DNA of 52,519 bases from an uncultured Fusobacterium sp. GTDB taxonomy: Bacteria > Fusobacteriota > Fusobacteriia > Fusobacteriales > Fusobacteriaceae. This document shows positions 11,022-22,046 of this stretch, one piece after another. The stretch covers positions 1-52,519 of the forward strand of contig CAYJKE010000002.1 of NCBI GenBank assembly GCA_964370665.1, written 5' to 3'. Both the position numbers and the translations under genes were made by a program. The notes under the pieces were generated by a model, which was not told the DNA's origin, searched no databases, and worked only from the letters and a program-made list of their open reading frames with translations. Each line of letters begins with the position of its first letter. Within the stretch, counting starts at the first letter, position 1.

Positions 11022-11036
11022 AATATCTCCCTAAAT

Positions 11037-12347
11037 TTATAATATATATCTATCTAAATTTTCTTCCTCTTCTTCTTGTTTTAAAATATTTTCAATCATT
11101 TTTTTATCTATTGATATTTTAGTTACTTCTTTGTAAGGTGCTTCAAACATTATATCTTTTATTACATACTCTATTACACTTGCAAGACGTCTAGCACCAA
11201 TATTTTCTACTGTTTCATTTAAGTGAAATGCATGATTTGCTATTTTCTCAATAGCTACTTTAGTAAAACTTAAGCTTACATTATCCACTGCAAGTAGGGC
11301 TTTATATTGGTCAATCAAGTTATAATCTACCTTTGTTAGTATGCTTACAAAATCTTTTTCTGTTAAGTTTTCCATCTCTACAACTAAAGGAAATCTTCCT
11401 TGAAGTTCTGGCATTAAGTCAGAAAAATCAGCATCACTAAAGGCTCCTGCTCCTACAAATAATATATGCTCTGTCTTTACTGGTCCGTGCTTTGTGATTA
11501 CTGTAGTTCCTTCAATTATAGGAAGAATATCCCTTTGAACTCCTTGTCTTGACACCTCTCCACGACCACTATTATTAGCTGCAGCTATTTTATCTATCTC
11601 ATCTATAAAAATTATTCCATTATTTTCCACTTGAATTATAGCTTCTCTTATAATAACATCATCTTCTAAATTGTTTTCAATCTCTTTATTTACTATAAGT
11701 TCAATTGCATCTTTCACCTTTAATTTAGAAGGTTTATTACTTTTGTTTTCTCCTAAGCTAGCCACACTTTGAAGGATATTTTCAATATCTGATTTAGAAT
11801 CTGAGTATCCCATTATTTCTATTATAGGCCCTTTATTTTCTTGATATTTACTTTTGTCTATCTCCACAGTTTTTTCATCATGAAGACCTTCTTTTATTTC
11901 TTGTATTAAATTTTGTTTAAAATTTTCATCTAAAGTATCTAAGTTATTTAACTTTCTAGCTACTTTTTCAACAGCTATTTCATAAAATTCATTTCTCATT
12001 TCCTTAGTTTTTTCAGACTTATATCTTTTAATTGTAAGCTCTACTAAGTCTTTTATAATACTTTCTACATCTTTTCCTACATATCCTACCTCTGTATATT
12101 TTGTAGCTTCTACCTTAAGAAATGGAGAGTTTGTTATTTTAGCTAGCCTTCTAGCAAGTTCTGTTTTACCTACCCCTGTTGATCCTATAAGCATTATATT
12201 TTTAGGTGTTATTTCTTGTTTCATTATTTCGTCTTCTAATTTAAGTCTTCTATATCTATTTCTAAGAGAGATAGCTAAGTTTTTCTTTGCCTCATCTTGA
12301 GAAATTATATATTTATTCAACTCTTTTACTATTTCCTTTGGAATCAT
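11037..12347 (-). CDS. hslU: ATP-dependent protease ATPase subunit HslU (ClpY)
   Basis: TPKNIMLIGSTGVGKTE, KVEATKYTEVGYVG, IDEIDKI, VQRDILP, PELQGRFP, NIGARRL, C-terminal LDRYIL. Confidence 0.95.
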   Translation of the reverse strand: MIPKEIVKELNKYIISQDEAKKNLAISLRNRYRRLKLEDEIMKQEITPKNIMLIGSTGVGKTELARRLAKITNSPFLKVEATKYTEVGYVGKDVESIIKDLVELTIKRYKSEKTKEMRNEFYEIAVEKVARKLNNLDTLDENFKQNLIQEIKEGLHDEKTVEIDKSKYQENKGPIIEIMGYSDSKSDIENILQSVASLGENKSNKPSKLKVKDAIELIVNKEIENNLEDDVIIREAIIQVENNGIIFIDEIDKIAAANNSGRGEVSRQGVQRDILPIIEGTTVITKHGPVKTEHILFVGAGAFSDADFSDLMPELQGRFPLVVEMENLTEKDFVSILTKVDYNLIDQYKALLAVDNVSLSFTKVAIEKIANHAFHLNETVENIGARRLASVIEYVIKDIMFEAPYKEVTKISIDKKMIENILKQEEEEENLDRYIL

Positions 12348-12364
12348 TCCCTCTCCTTTTTATT

Positions 12365-12949
12365 TTACCCTATTATTCTTTCTATATCTTCTTTAAGTTT
12401 TTCTAAAGCTTTAGCTCTATGACTAATCTTATTTTTTTCATCTCCTAACTCTGCTGTTGTCTTCTTATATTCTGCTATATAAAAATACGGATCATAGCCA
12501 AAGCCATGTTCTCCTCTTGCTTCGTCTATTATTTCTCCTGAGACTTCTCCCTCATAAGAATATGTTTCTCCATTTGGCTTAGCTAGTGTTATTACACAAA
12601 CAAACTTAGCCTTTCTATTTTCTATTCCTACTAAGTTTTTTATAAGCTTTTCGTTATTCTCTTGATCTGTAGCACCTTCTCCAGCATATCTTGCAGAGTA
12701 TACCCCTGGTTCATTATTAAGAGCTTCTACACAGATACCAGAGTCATCAGCTATTGTTATCATATTAGTAAATTCAGCTATTTCTACAGCTTTCTTTTTA
12801 GAGTTTTCCAAAAATGTAGTACCATCTTCTATAACATCAGGGATTTCTATTCCATCTAATATTGATAATATTTCTATATTCTCTTTATTAAAAATTTTTT
12901 TAATTTCTTCTATTTTATGTTTGTTTCCTGTTGCTAAAAATACTTTCAT
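12365..12949 (-). CDS. rdgB: Non-canonical purine NTP pyrophosphatase (RdgB/HAM1)
   Basis: ATGNKHK, ADDSG, PGVYSARYA, FGYDP, KNKISHR. Confidence 0.95.
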   Translation of the reverse strand: MKVFLATGNKHKIEEIKKIFNKENIEILSILDGIEIPDVIEDGTTFLENSKKKAVEIAEFTNMITIADDSGICVEALNNEPGVYSARYAGEGATDQENNEKLIKNLVGIENRKAKFVCVITLAKPNGETYSYEGEVSGEIIDEARGEHGFGYDPYFYIAEYKKTTAELGDEKNKISHRAKALEKLKEDIERIIG

Positions 12950-13050
12950 TAGTCCTCCCTATTGCAAAAATAATTTTCTTTTATTTTTTATATTTTCTAC
13001 TAAGGTATTATCTTTTTATTTTTATTTCTATTATCATGAAAATAATTTTT

Positions 13051-13785
13051 TTAGTTCTCAAACTCTTCTTTTAAAGTTTTTTCTTGAATTTCAAATAATT
13101 CTTTTATACCTTTTTCAGCTAAGTCTAACATAAGATTCATCTCTTCTCTTGTATATGTTGCCTCTTCTCCAGTTCCTTGGATTTCTACGTACTCACCCTT
13201 ATCATTCATAATAACATTCATATCAACTTCTGCTTCTGAATCTTCTGTATATTTAAGGTCTAGCATTGGTGTTCCCTTTACTATTCCAACACTTATTGCT
13301 CCTATTTTAGAAGTTAATGGATTTTCCTTAAGTCCACCTTTTTTCATAAGTCTTTCCATTGCCATAGCAAGAGCTATATATCCACCAGTTATAGATGCAG
13401 TTCTTGTTCCTCCATCAGCTTGGATAACATCACAATCTATAGTTATAGTTCTTTCTCCTAGTTTCTCTAAGTTTATACAAGCTCTTAAGGCTCTTCCTAT
13501 AAGTCTTTGGATTTCCATTGTTCTACCAGATAATTTTCCTTTAGCAGATTCTCTTTGATTTCTTTCTCCTGTTGCTCTTGGTAACATTGAATACTCTGCT
13601 GTTATCCATCCTTTTCCAGAATTTCTTAAAAAAGGTGGAACTTTTTCAGAAACAGAAGCTGTACATATTACCTTAGTATCTCCAAAAGATATTAATACTG
13701 ACCCTTCTGCATGGATTGTATAGTTTCTTATAATCTCTATTTTTCTAGTTTCATTATTTTGTCTCTTATCATCTCTTAAATTCAT
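13051..13785 (-). CDS. rph: Ribonuclease PH
   Basis: [44 protein letters not shown]. Confidence 0.97.
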   Translation of the reverse strand: MNLRDDKRQNNETRKIEIIRNYTIHAEGSVLISFGDTKVICTASVSEKVPPFLRNSGKGWITAEYSMLPRATGERNQRESAKGKLSGRTMEIQRLIGRALRACINLEKLGERTITIDCDVIQADGGTRTASITGGYIALAMAMERLMKKGGLKENPLTSKIGAISVGIVKGTPMLDLKYTEDSEAEVDMNVIMNDKGEYVEIQGTGEEATYTREEMNLMLDLAEKGIKELFEIQEKTLKEEFEN

Positions 13786-13816
13786 TTTATTTATCTCCCA
13801 CTTATTTCATTATATT

Positions 13817-15589
13817 TTATTGTTTATCTTCATTTTTAAATTGAATATCATAAAGTTTTTTATAGATTCCTTGTCTTTCTATTAATTCTTCATGATTTCC
13901 TACTTCTTTTATTTCACCTTTTTCCATTACTACTATTTTATCAGCTGATATTATTGTAGACAATCTATGAGCTATTACAAAAGTCGTTCTTCCTACCATT
14001 AATTTTTCTAAAGCCTCTTGAACTAATTTTTCTGATTCTGTATCAAGGGCTGATGTTGCCTCATCAAGTATCATTAGAGCAGGGTCTTGAACTAAGGCTC
14101 TTGCTATTGCTATTCTTTGTTTTTGTCCTCCTGAAAGTAATACTCCTCTTTCTCCTACTTCTGTTTCGAACCCTTTAGGCAAATCATTTATAAAATTATA
14201 TGCATTAGCTTTTCTTGCAGCTTCTTCTATTTCCTCAAAGCTTACATGAGGTTTTCCAAAGGCTATGTTTTCAGCAATACTTCCACTAAATAAGAAAGTA
14301 TCTTGAGGTACAAGACCTATATGCTCACGATATGATTTAAGTGAAAAGTTTCTTATATCTACATTATTTATCTCAATACTTCCATTATCTATATCATAAA
14401 ATCTCGGAATTAAGTTTACTATAGTTGTTTTTCCACTTCCACTACTTCCTACAAAGGCTACTACTTCTCCTTTTTTTACGTCTAAGTTTATATTTTTAAG
14501 AACTTGAACCTCTCCATCGGGATAAGTAAAGTCTACATTTTTAAAACTTACCTTGCTTACTTCTCCTGAGAACTCTATTGGCTCATCTAAATATGAATCT
14601 TTTTCTACCTCAACCTTAAAAATATCCATTACTCTATCCCCAGATGGAATAATTTCATATAGCTCACTATTTCTTCTAATAAGTCTTTTTAAAGGTTGTT
14701 GTAATAATCCTGCTGCTGTCAAGAATGATACTAATTCCCCTGAAGTTAGTGTTTCTGTAACTACAATTGAATAAGCTCCATAAGCTCCTACTAAAAGTAA
14801 CATTATAGCTGTTAAAACTTCATTTATTGGAGATATCTTCTCTCTTATTTTAGCTGCCTTATATATTCTATCCATTTCCCCTTGAGTAACGTCCTTATAT
14901 TTTTCTATAATTCCATCTACCCTGTTAAAACCTTTTATTACTTGTATTCCAGATAAAGATTCTTGCATAAAGGCTGTTGCTAGACCTATAGTATCTTGTC
15001 TTTCTCTTCCTGAGCTTCTTAATTTTTTAGTATACTTCTTCACTGACATAAGCATGATCGGAGCTACTATTAAGGCTATTACTGATAAAAGAAAGTCTAA
15101 CTGAATCATTCTTATTAAGAAAGCTAGTATTGCAATTACTTCCTTCATCATATCAAATAATAAAAATCCTATTCTACCTAAGTTAGATGAATCTCCAGAA
15201 AGCCTTGCCATTATATCCCCTAGTTTATTTTTCTTAAAATAAGCCATTGGTAAGTTTTCCAAATGATGAAATATATCTATTTTTATATCCCTTCTTATTT
15301 TTTCAGTTAAATAAGCTGAAACTGTTCCTGAATAATATGTAAACAAAGCTTTAATCACTGTTGTAAATAGCATTGCACCTGCTACTATAGCCATCATACG
15401 TCCATTCTTTGATATAAGTACATCATCTACTAAGTACTGAGATAGCCATGCTGGAACTGTTCCTAGAGCTGATGCAACCATTGATAAGATTATAGTTCCT
15501 ACTAATAACCATTTATATTTTAGACTATATTTAATAAATCCACCAAGGGCATCGCTTTTATATATTTTTTTTAGTTTGCTTTCTTTCAT
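13817..15589 (-). CDS. msbA: Lipid A export ABC transporter (MsbA-like)
   Basis: Fused TMD-NBD; GSSGSGKTT, LSGGQKQR, LDEATSALD; directly downstream of lpxB. Confidence 0.85.
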   Translation of the reverse strand: MKESKLKKIYKSDALGGFIKYSLKYKWLLVGTIILSMVASALGTVPAWLSQYLVDDVLISKNGRMMAIVAGAMLFTTVIKALFTYYSGTVSAYLTEKIRRDIKIDIFHHLENLPMAYFKKNKLGDIMARLSGDSSNLGRIGFLLFDMMKEVIAILAFLIRMIQLDFLLSVIALIVAPIMLMSVKKYTKKLRSSGRERQDTIGLATAFMQESLSGIQVIKGFNRVDGIIEKYKDVTQGEMDRIYKAAKIREKISPINEVLTAIMLLLVGAYGAYSIVVTETLTSGELVSFLTAAGLLQQPLKRLIRRNSELYEIIPSGDRVMDIFKVEVEKDSYLDEPIEFSGEVSKVSFKNVDFTYPDGEVQVLKNINLDVKKGEVVAFVGSSGSGKTTIVNLIPRFYDIDNGSIEINNVDIRNFSLKSYREHIGLVPQDTFLFSGSIAENIAFGKPHVSFEEIEEAARKANAYNFINDLPKGFETEVGERGVLLSGGQKQRIAIARALVQDPALMILDEATSALDTESEKLVQEALEKLMVGRTTFVIAHRLSTIISADKIVVMEKGEIKEVGNHEELIERQGIYKKLYDIQFKNEDKQ

Positions 15590-15590
15590 T

Positions 15591-16658
15591 TTATCTCCCT
15601 TTAATTATATATTTTCCATATCCCTTAGTTATATTTTCCCCATATAATTTATTTCTTATATTTTCCACAGCAGTATTATAGCTATCTAGATTATTAATTA
15701 TCTCTTCTGTAGCTCTCTCTACATTTTCCACTGTAAAATCCCTATCTAATAATTCCTTAAACACTTCTTTATTTTCAGCTAAATTAGGTAAGGCAACATA
15801 CTTTAATTTCAATATGTATTTTCCTATTAAATAATTTAGATGTCCTGGCTTATAAACCACAACTGTAGGTATACCCATTATAGCCAGTTCTAAAGTTACT
15901 GTTCCTGAAGTAGCTATTGATAGTTTACTTTTTTTAACAGCTTCTTCTAGGCTACCATTATATATCTCTAAGTTAGGATATTCATTTAGATTTTCTTCTA
16001 TCCAGTTAAATGTTTCCATATCTGGTAATTTTAATATATAATTTTTATTCTTATTTCTCTTTACTACTTCTAGCATTATTGGAAGACTAGTTTTTACTTC
16101 TCTTTTTCTACTTCCTGGTAAAAGTAGAATTTTCTCTCCTCTGTCTTCTATTAAGCTATACTTTTCTATAAAAGGATTTCCTAAATAGACAACATCCATA
16201 TTATAGTTTTTATAGAATTCCACTTCCCAAGGGAATATTACTATAATGTGGTCTGCTAGTCTTAAAGTTTTTATTCTTTTCTTTCCCCAAACCCATAGTT
16301 TTGGTGGAATATAATAATAAACTTCTACATTAGGACAATATTTTTTTATAAGTTTTAAAAATTCTAAATTAAATCCTCCATAATCAACTAAGATAACTTT
16401 CTCTATTTGATTATCTTTTATAAAATTTATATATTCATAAGCTTTTTTCTTTAGGAATCTATATTTTTTCAAACCTTCTACAAATCCCATTACAGCTAAT
16501 TCCTTTATATCATATAAAGACTCTACTCCTAATTTTTTACAATTTTCACCAACAACACCATAAAATTCTATGTTGCTGTCTATTTCTTTCATATGCTTTA
16601 TTAGATAAGAAAGGTGTAGATCTCCTGATACCTCTCCTGTAGATACAAATATTTTCAT
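15591..16658 (-). CDS. lpxB: Lipid-A-disaccharide synthase
   Basis: GEVSGDLH, VDYGGFN, LLPGSR, SGTVTLE. Confidence 0.95.
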   Translation of the reverse strand: MKIFVSTGEVSGDLHLSYLIKHMKEIDSNIEFYGVVGENCKKLGVESLYDIKELAVMGFVEGLKKYRFLKKKAYEYINFIKDNQIEKVILVDYGGFNLEFLKLIKKYCPNVEVYYYIPPKLWVWGKKRIKTLRLADHIIVIFPWEVEFYKNYNMDVVYLGNPFIEKYSLIEDRGEKILLLPGSRKREVKTSLPIMLEVVKRNKNKNYILKLPDMETFNWIEENLNEYPNLEIYNGSLEEAVKKSKLSIATSGTVTLELAIMGIPTVVVYKPGHLNYLIGKYILKLKYVALPNLAENKEVFKELLDRDFTVENVERATEEIINNLDSYNTAVENIRNKLYGENITKGYGKYIIKGR

Positions 16659-16672
16659 TTTTATTCCCCTAT

Positions 16673-17479
16673 CTAGCTTTTTAATCCTACAATAAATATT
16701 TTATGTTCATTGGCTAATTTAATTGCTTCTTCTTGGTCAGTGAATATCATTTTACCTGCCTCTCCAACAATTCCTCTTGCTTTTATCTCCACCAACATTT
16801 TTATAGTGTCTACTCCTATTGTGGGAATATCCACCCTCATATCTTGTTGAGGTCTAGCCATTTTTACTACTATACACCCTTCTCCTGCTACTTCTCCACC
16901 TCTTAAAATAGTTTTATCAGTTCCCTCTATTCCCTCAAGAGCCACAACTGAGGAGTCCTTACAAACAACTGTTTGACCTGCATCTATTTCACTTAATTTT
17001 TTAGCAGCTTCTTTTCCTAGAAGAATTGTTTTCATATCTTCTATTTGTGGTATAGTCTTTGTATAATATCTTTCCTCTAACAAAACCTTCTTTAATAAAT
17101 AATTTTGTGGAACTACCTTTATTCCATTTAATTTAAAAAAAGCTATAACTCCAAAAAGGAGAGTCTCATCTTTCTTATCTGGAAGATTATTAAGAAGTTT
17201 CTCTCCGAATTTATCAAATTTTGCATTTTTAAGTATTAATTCTTTTTCCACTTTTCCAAGCATTATTACTTTTTTTATATCATTTTGTATTAGGTATTTT
17301 GTTATACCTCCTACCTCTCCAATATTAAACATCTTAAATCTTGGATATTTTTTTACATTTTCATCAATAGTCTCAAAAAGTCCTATTGGCATAAACTCAA
17401 CATCGTGTACTTTTTCGATTTCTTTCATAATTGAAAATGGGAGTCTTCCATTTCCAACTATAACTCCCAATTTTTCCAT
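16673..17479 (-). CDS. lpxI: UDP-2,3-diacylglucosamine diphosphatase LpxI
   Basis: GNGRLP, DAGQ, ALEGIEGTD, QDMRVDIPTIG; between lpxA and lpxB. Confidence 0.92.
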   Translation of the reverse strand: MEKLGVIVGNGRLPFSIMKEIEKVHDVEFMPIGLFETIDENVKKYPRFKMFNIGEVGGITKYLIQNDIKKVIMLGKVEKELILKNAKFDKFGEKLLNNLPDKKDETLLFGVIAFFKLNGIKVVPQNYLLKKVLLEERYYTKTIPQIEDMKTILLGKEAAKKLSEIDAGQTVVCKDSSVVALEGIEGTDKTILRGGEVAGEGCIVVKMARPQQDMRVDIPTIGVDTIKMLVEIKARGIVGEAGKMIFTDQEEAIKLANEHKIFIVGLKS

Positions 17480-18255
17480 TATTTTGCTATTCCTCTCTTA
17501 CTCTCTTTAATAAAATTAATTAAGGCAGTAACATTTTTATTTTCTTTATACGTTTCTTCTAGTTCAGCCAACGCCTCTTTTAGAGGTAGTTTCTTTCTAA
17601 AGACAATTCTATATGCTTTCTTTAACTCTGATAATTCCTCATCTGTAAAGCCTCTTCTTCTAAGACCTATACTATTAAGTCCTACTGGTACTGCTTTTTC
17701 TGCACCGTCTGCTAGTACAAATGGACAAATATCTTGAGTTACTACTGAGGCTCCTCCTACCATTGCATGATCTCCTATTTTACAGAATTGATGCACTGGT
17801 GTTAAACCACCAACTATAACCCAGTTTCCTATTTCCACATGACCTGCTAATGTTGCTCCATTTGAAAATATACAGTTATCTCCTATAATTACATCATGAG
17901 CCACATGAGTGTACGCCATTAAAAGAACATTGTTCCCTATTCTAGTTTCCCATTTATCTGTAGTTCCTCTATGAATAGTTGCAAATTCTCTTATTGTGTT
18001 ATTATTTCCAATTATAGTTTTTGTTGGTTCCCCATTATATTTTAAGTCTTGAGATGCTTTTCCTATAGATGCAAAAGAAAAAATTGTATTATTTTCCCCT
18101 ATCTCTGTTATTCCTTCAATTACAACATGTGACTGAATTGTTGTATTATTTCCGATTTTAACATCTTTTCCTATTATGCAATAAGGGCCTATTTTTACAT
18201 TTTCTCCTATAACTGCTCCATCTTCTATTATTGAAGTGCTATGTATTTCTGTCAC
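17479..18255 (-). CDS. lpxA: Acyl-ACP--UDP-N-acetylglucosamine O-acyltransferase
   Basis: Hexapeptide repeats, QDLKY, IREFATIHRGT, HVAHD, LAGHV, VHQF, GLNSIGLRRRG. Confidence 0.97.
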   Translation of the reverse strand: MTEIHSTSIIEDGAVIGENVKIGPYCIIGKDVKIGNNTTIQSHVVIEGITEIGENNTIFSFASIGKASQDLKYNGEPTKTIIGNNNTIREFATIHRGTTDKWETRIGNNVLLMAYTHVAHDVIIGDNCIFSNGATLAGHVEIGNWVIVGGLTPVHQFCKIGDHAMVGGASVVTQDICPFVLADGAEKAVPVGLNSIGLRRRGFTDEELSELKKAYRIVFRKKLPLKEALAELEETYKENKNVTALINFIKESKRGIAK

Positions 18256-18276
18256 AATATTTCCCCCATTCTTTTA

Positions 18277-18729
18277 TTATCTATCTACTAAACTGAATGT
18301 GAATTTTACCTCTGTAACAACTTTTCCATCTACCTTTGCTACTCCCTCAGCCTTTATTATATTTCTTCTTTGTTTTATAATTTGAGCCTCGTATATCATT
18401 TGATCTCCTGGTGTAACTGGAGCCTTAAATTTAACCTCTTCTAAAGCTGCAAAGTATGGTAATTTATTTTTTCCTTCTTCTCCTGCTAGTTCAAAAACTA
18501 ATACTCCTAAAGCTTGAGCTATTCCTTCTGTTATTAATACTCCTGGAAGTATTGGATGACCTGGGAAATGTCCTTGGAAACAAGCTTCGTTCATTGTTAC
18601 ATTTTTTACAGCATAAACTTTATTGTTCTCTCTGTCTATTTCTAATATTCTATCCACTAGTAAAAAAGGGTATCTGTGTGGTATTCTTTCCATTATTTCT
18701 GTTATTGTTAGCATTTTTGTATCCTCCAT
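18277..18729 (-). CDS. fabZ: 3-hydroxyacyl-ACP dehydratase
   Basis: IPHRYPFLLVDR, FQGHFPGHPILPGVLITE. Confidence 0.96.
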   Translation of the reverse strand: MEDTKMLTITEIMERIPHRYPFLLVDRILEIDRENNKVYAVKNVTMNEACFQGHFPGHPILPGVLITEGIAQALGVLVFELAGEEGKNKLPYFAALEEVKFKAPVTPGDQMIYEAQIIKQRRNIIKAEGVAKVDGKVVTEVKFTFSLVDR

Positions 18730-18831
18730 TTTTTTGTTTTCATCTTATTATACTATAAATTTCATTTTTTTAATATAGTCTTTTGCATTTTTCTTAGTAT
18801 TTTTTTATTTATTTTGAATTTTTTGAAATTT

Positions 18832-19656
18832 TTATTTCTTTAATAAGTTTGCAAACTCTATATCTAAAGCATGTCCTGCTTTTATTGCTATTATATGAGC
18901 TTTTATAGGTCTGTTTAATATTTTTAAATCTCCTATTATATCAAGCATCTTATGTCTTACAAACTCGTCCTCATATCTTAAGCCACTAGGATTCATTACT
19001 CCATCCTTTTGAATTACTATGGCATTATCAAGAGTTCCGCCAAGGGCAAGGTTATTTTTCTTAAGATACTCTATTTCGTAATCAAAACCAAAAGTTCTTG
19101 CTCTTGCTATTTCAGTTTTATAATTTTCTAAAGTTATCTCTGTTTCTAGCATTTGAGTTTTCAAGAAAGTATGGTCAAATTTTATTGTATAAGTTAGTTT
19201 ATATCCATCATAAGGAAGAGCAACTATTGTCTTATCTCCTTTAGTTAGATATATTGGCTCTTTTACCACTATATCTTCAACCTCTTCTTCTAACTCTCTC
19301 ACACCTATTTTTTCCATTTCTTCTACAAAAATTATAGCACTTCCATCACATATAGGAAGCTCATTATCATCTAATTCCACAATCAAATCTGTTATTCCTA
19401 GAATATACAACGCTGATAAGAAATGTTCTATTGTATGAACCTTTGCATCATATTGATTTTTTAGGTTTGTTCCTCTAGTTAGATCAAAAGTATTTTCTAT
19501 GTCTAGTGTTATTTCATTTTTTCCAGCTTCCATATCCACTCTTCTAAATACTATACCACCATTAGTGGCTGGAATTAAATGAAGCTTTATATTTTTTCCC
19601 TTATGAAGCCCTACTCCTTCATAAAACATTTCATTTTTTAATGTTCTTCTCTTCAT
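18832..19656 (-). CDS. lpxC: UDP-3-O-acyl-N-acetylglucosamine deacetylase
   Basis: GVGLHKG, TIEHFLSAL, ELPICDGS, ARTFGF, RHKMLDIIGD. Confidence 0.97.
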   Translation of the reverse strand: MKRRTLKNEMFYEGVGLHKGKNIKLHLIPATNGGIVFRRVDMEAGKNEITLDIENTFDLTRGTNLKNQYDAKVHTIEHFLSALYILGITDLIVELDDNELPICDGSAIIFVEEMEKIGVRELEEEVEDIVVKEPIYLTKGDKTIVALPYDGYKLTYTIKFDHTFLKTQMLETEITLENYKTEIARARTFGFDYEIEYLKKNNLALGGTLDNAIVIQKDGVMNPSGLRYEDEFVRHKMLDIIGDLKILNRPIKAHIIAIKAGHALDIEFANLLKK

Positions 19657-19665
19657 AATTTTCTC

Positions 19666-21864
19666 CTATTTAGTTAAGAATTTACTAGCTAATATTATAG
19701 CTATATCCCTTTCACCATCAGTAAATTGTATTGTTATTTTTTTATCTGTCATCTTAATTATTTTCCCAAGACCATATTTAATATGATTTACTTTTTCTCC
19801 TAAAGTATAAGGGTGGTTTTTTATATTCTCCACCGATTTTTTCAATTCTTTAGCATCTTTAAAGGTATTTAAAAATTCTTTAGTTTTAGTCTTTTTAAAA
19901 TTACTTTCATAAGAACTATAACTTACTTTCATCTCAGGTTCTGTCTCTACTCTTTCTAGTAGCTCCTCTGATATTTCTCTTATAAATCTAGAAGGAGTTC
20001 TAAAATCCTCACGACCATATACAAACCTTACTCCAACATGAGAAATATATAATTTTTCTTCTGCTCTCGTTAAGGCTACATAACAAATACGTCTTTCTTC
20101 TTCTAAAGCTGAAGGATCTACTATAACCTTACTTGCATTAGGGAAGACTTCATCTTCTATTCCTACTAAAAATACCACTGGAAACTCTAGCCCTTTTGAA
20201 TTATGTATAGTCATTAATTTTACATACTCTTTTTCTTCTTCTAAGTCATCTGTTGCACTTACTAGAGATACATTTTCTAAGTATTCTCTTAGAGATAATG
20301 GTTCTACTATTTTCTCAAGTTCTACTATTGAGTTTTTAAGTTCTTCTAAGTTTTCTATTCTTGATTCTGAATCTTCATAAGAACTTTCCAAATATTTTCT
20401 ATATTCTATCTTTGATACTAACTGATCAAAAATTTCAGACACAGTTAACTCTTCTGTATCTCTTCTAAGCTCTTCTATGATTTCCACTAACTCTTTTATT
20501 TTTTCAAGAGCTTGCTTTCCAATTCCTTCTATATTCTCTACAGTTTTTAACGCTTCGTAGTATGTTAAGGTATTTTCTTCTGCATATGTTTTTATTTTCT
20601 CAACTGTTTTATCTCCTAATTTTCTTTTAGGAACATTTAATATTCTATCTAAATTTATTCCATCTTGAGTATTATTTATAACTGATAAATATCCTAGTAT
20701 ATCTTTAATTTCTGCTCTTTGATAAAACTGCATTCCACCAAAAATTTTATATGGAATATTTTCTCTTAGAAATCCTTCTTCAAATAATCTTGATTGAGCA
20801 TTAGTTCTGTAAAGGATAGTAAAGTCATTATATCTTTTACCTTGATCTCTCATTTGCTTTATCTCTGAAATAATATATCTAACCTCTTCTCTTCCATCTC
20901 TACAAGATTTAAGTAATATGTTATCTCCCTTAGAGTTACTTGTCCAAAGTTTTTTATCCTTAGATGTTGTATTGTTTTTTATAACAGAGTTAGCTGCTTC
21001 TAAAATTACCTTTGTTGAACGATAGTTCTCTTCTAGTTTTATTACTATTGCATCCTTATATTCTTTTTCAAAGTCTAATATATTTTGAATATTAGCCCCT
21101 CTAAATCCATATATACTTTGGTTTTCATCTCCAACTACACAAATATTTCTATTTTTAGCAGCTATCCTAGTTATAATATCATACTGAATATTATTTGTAT
21201 CTTGGTATTCATCTACCATTATATATTTATATTTATTTTGTACTTTTTCTAATATTTCTTCATCTTTTAATAATTTGTTAGTATTAGTTAATATATCTGA
21301 AAAGTCCATTCCGTTATTTTCTTTTAAAACTCTATTATATTCTCTGAAAACTTCCCCTATAATATTACTATTTGGTTCAAATTTACTATTTTTTTCATAC
21401 TCATCTGGAGTAATTCCATCTTCTTTTAATTTAGATATTCTAGAAGCTAATTTTCCTTCAGTTAAGTCATTATCTTTAATAACCATTTTTTTCATTATTG
21501 GTCTTATTATTTTCTTTTGATCATCTGTATCATAAATTGTAAAATTAGGGTTATATCCTATTTTAGCACTATACATTCTAAGCAACTTTAAACCAAATGA
21601 GTGAAATGTAGATATAGTTACTTTTTTAGCATCTTCTCCTATTAACCCTTCAACTCTCTCTCTCATTTCTTTAGCCGCTTTATTTGTAAAGGTTACTGCA
21701 AGTATAGAATAAGGTAGTATATCTTTTTCTAATATCATATGAGCTATTCTATATGTTACTGTTCTTGTTTTTCCTGAGCCTGCCCCTGCAAGTATTAGAA
21801 CTGGTCCTTCTATTTGTCCAGCAGCTTTTTGTTGTTCTTGATTTAAATTATGAATTATACTCAT
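19666..21864 (-). CDS. pcrA: ATP-dependent DNA helicase PcrA/UvrD
   Basis: AGAGSGKT, VTFTNKAA, VDEYQD, QSIYGFRGA, NYRST, TIHNSKGLEF, YVALTRA. Confidence 0.93.
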   Translation of the reverse strand: MSIIHNLNQEQQKAAGQIEGPVLILAGAGSGKTRTVTYRIAHMILEKDILPYSILAVTFTNKAAKEMRERVEGLIGEDAKKVTISTFHSFGLKLLRMYSAKIGYNPNFTIYDTDDQKKIIRPIMKKMVIKDNDLTEGKLASRISKLKEDGITPDEYEKNSKFEPNSNIIGEVFREYNRVLKENNGMDFSDILTNTNKLLKDEEILEKVQNKYKYIMVDEYQDTNNIQYDIITRIAAKNRNICVVGDENQSIYGFRGANIQNILDFEKEYKDAIVIKLEENYRSTKVILEAANSVIKNNTTSKDKKLWTSNSKGDNILLKSCRDGREEVRYIISEIKQMRDQGKRYNDFTILYRTNAQSRLFEEGFLRENIPYKIFGGMQFYQRAEIKDILGYLSVINNTQDGINLDRILNVPKRKLGDKTVEKIKTYAEENTLTYYEALKTVENIEGIGKQALEKIKELVEIIEELRRDTEELTVSEIFDQLVSKIEYRKYLESSYEDSESRIENLEELKNSIVELEKIVEPLSLREYLENVSLVSATDDLEEEKEYVKLMTIHNSKGLEFPVVFLVGIEDEVFPNASKVIVDPSALEEERRICYVALTRAEEKLYISHVGVRFVYGREDFRTPSRFIREISEELLERVETEPEMKVSYSSYESNFKKTKTKEFLNTFKDAKELKKSVENIKNHPYTLGEKVNHIKYGLGKIIKMTDKKITIQFTDGERDIAIILASKFLTK

Positions 21865-21999
21865 TTTTTCTCCTTATTCCTACCTAATAACTAATTATCT
21901 TATAAAAAAATGTCTTCCCCTTTTTATGTTCTTATCCATTTTCGTATCCATCTAAATTTTGTGCTTTCCTATTGGATAAAAATTTTCACTTTTTTTTAT

Positions 22000-22026
22000 A
22001 AAAAAAGAGAGAAGTTCCCCTCTCCC
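22000..22026 (-). terminator. Intrinsic terminator after the SRP RNA
   Basis: Minus strand reads GGGAGAGG-GGAA-CTTCTCTC-TTTTTTT. Confidence 0.75.
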
Positions 22027-22046
22027 TCACCAATTTTTACTTAATA

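Noticed and set aside
21896..21951. 18-codon minus-strand ORF (MDTKMDKNIKRGRHFFIR) upstream of pcrA
   Set aside because: No convincing SD, and its length is expected by chance.
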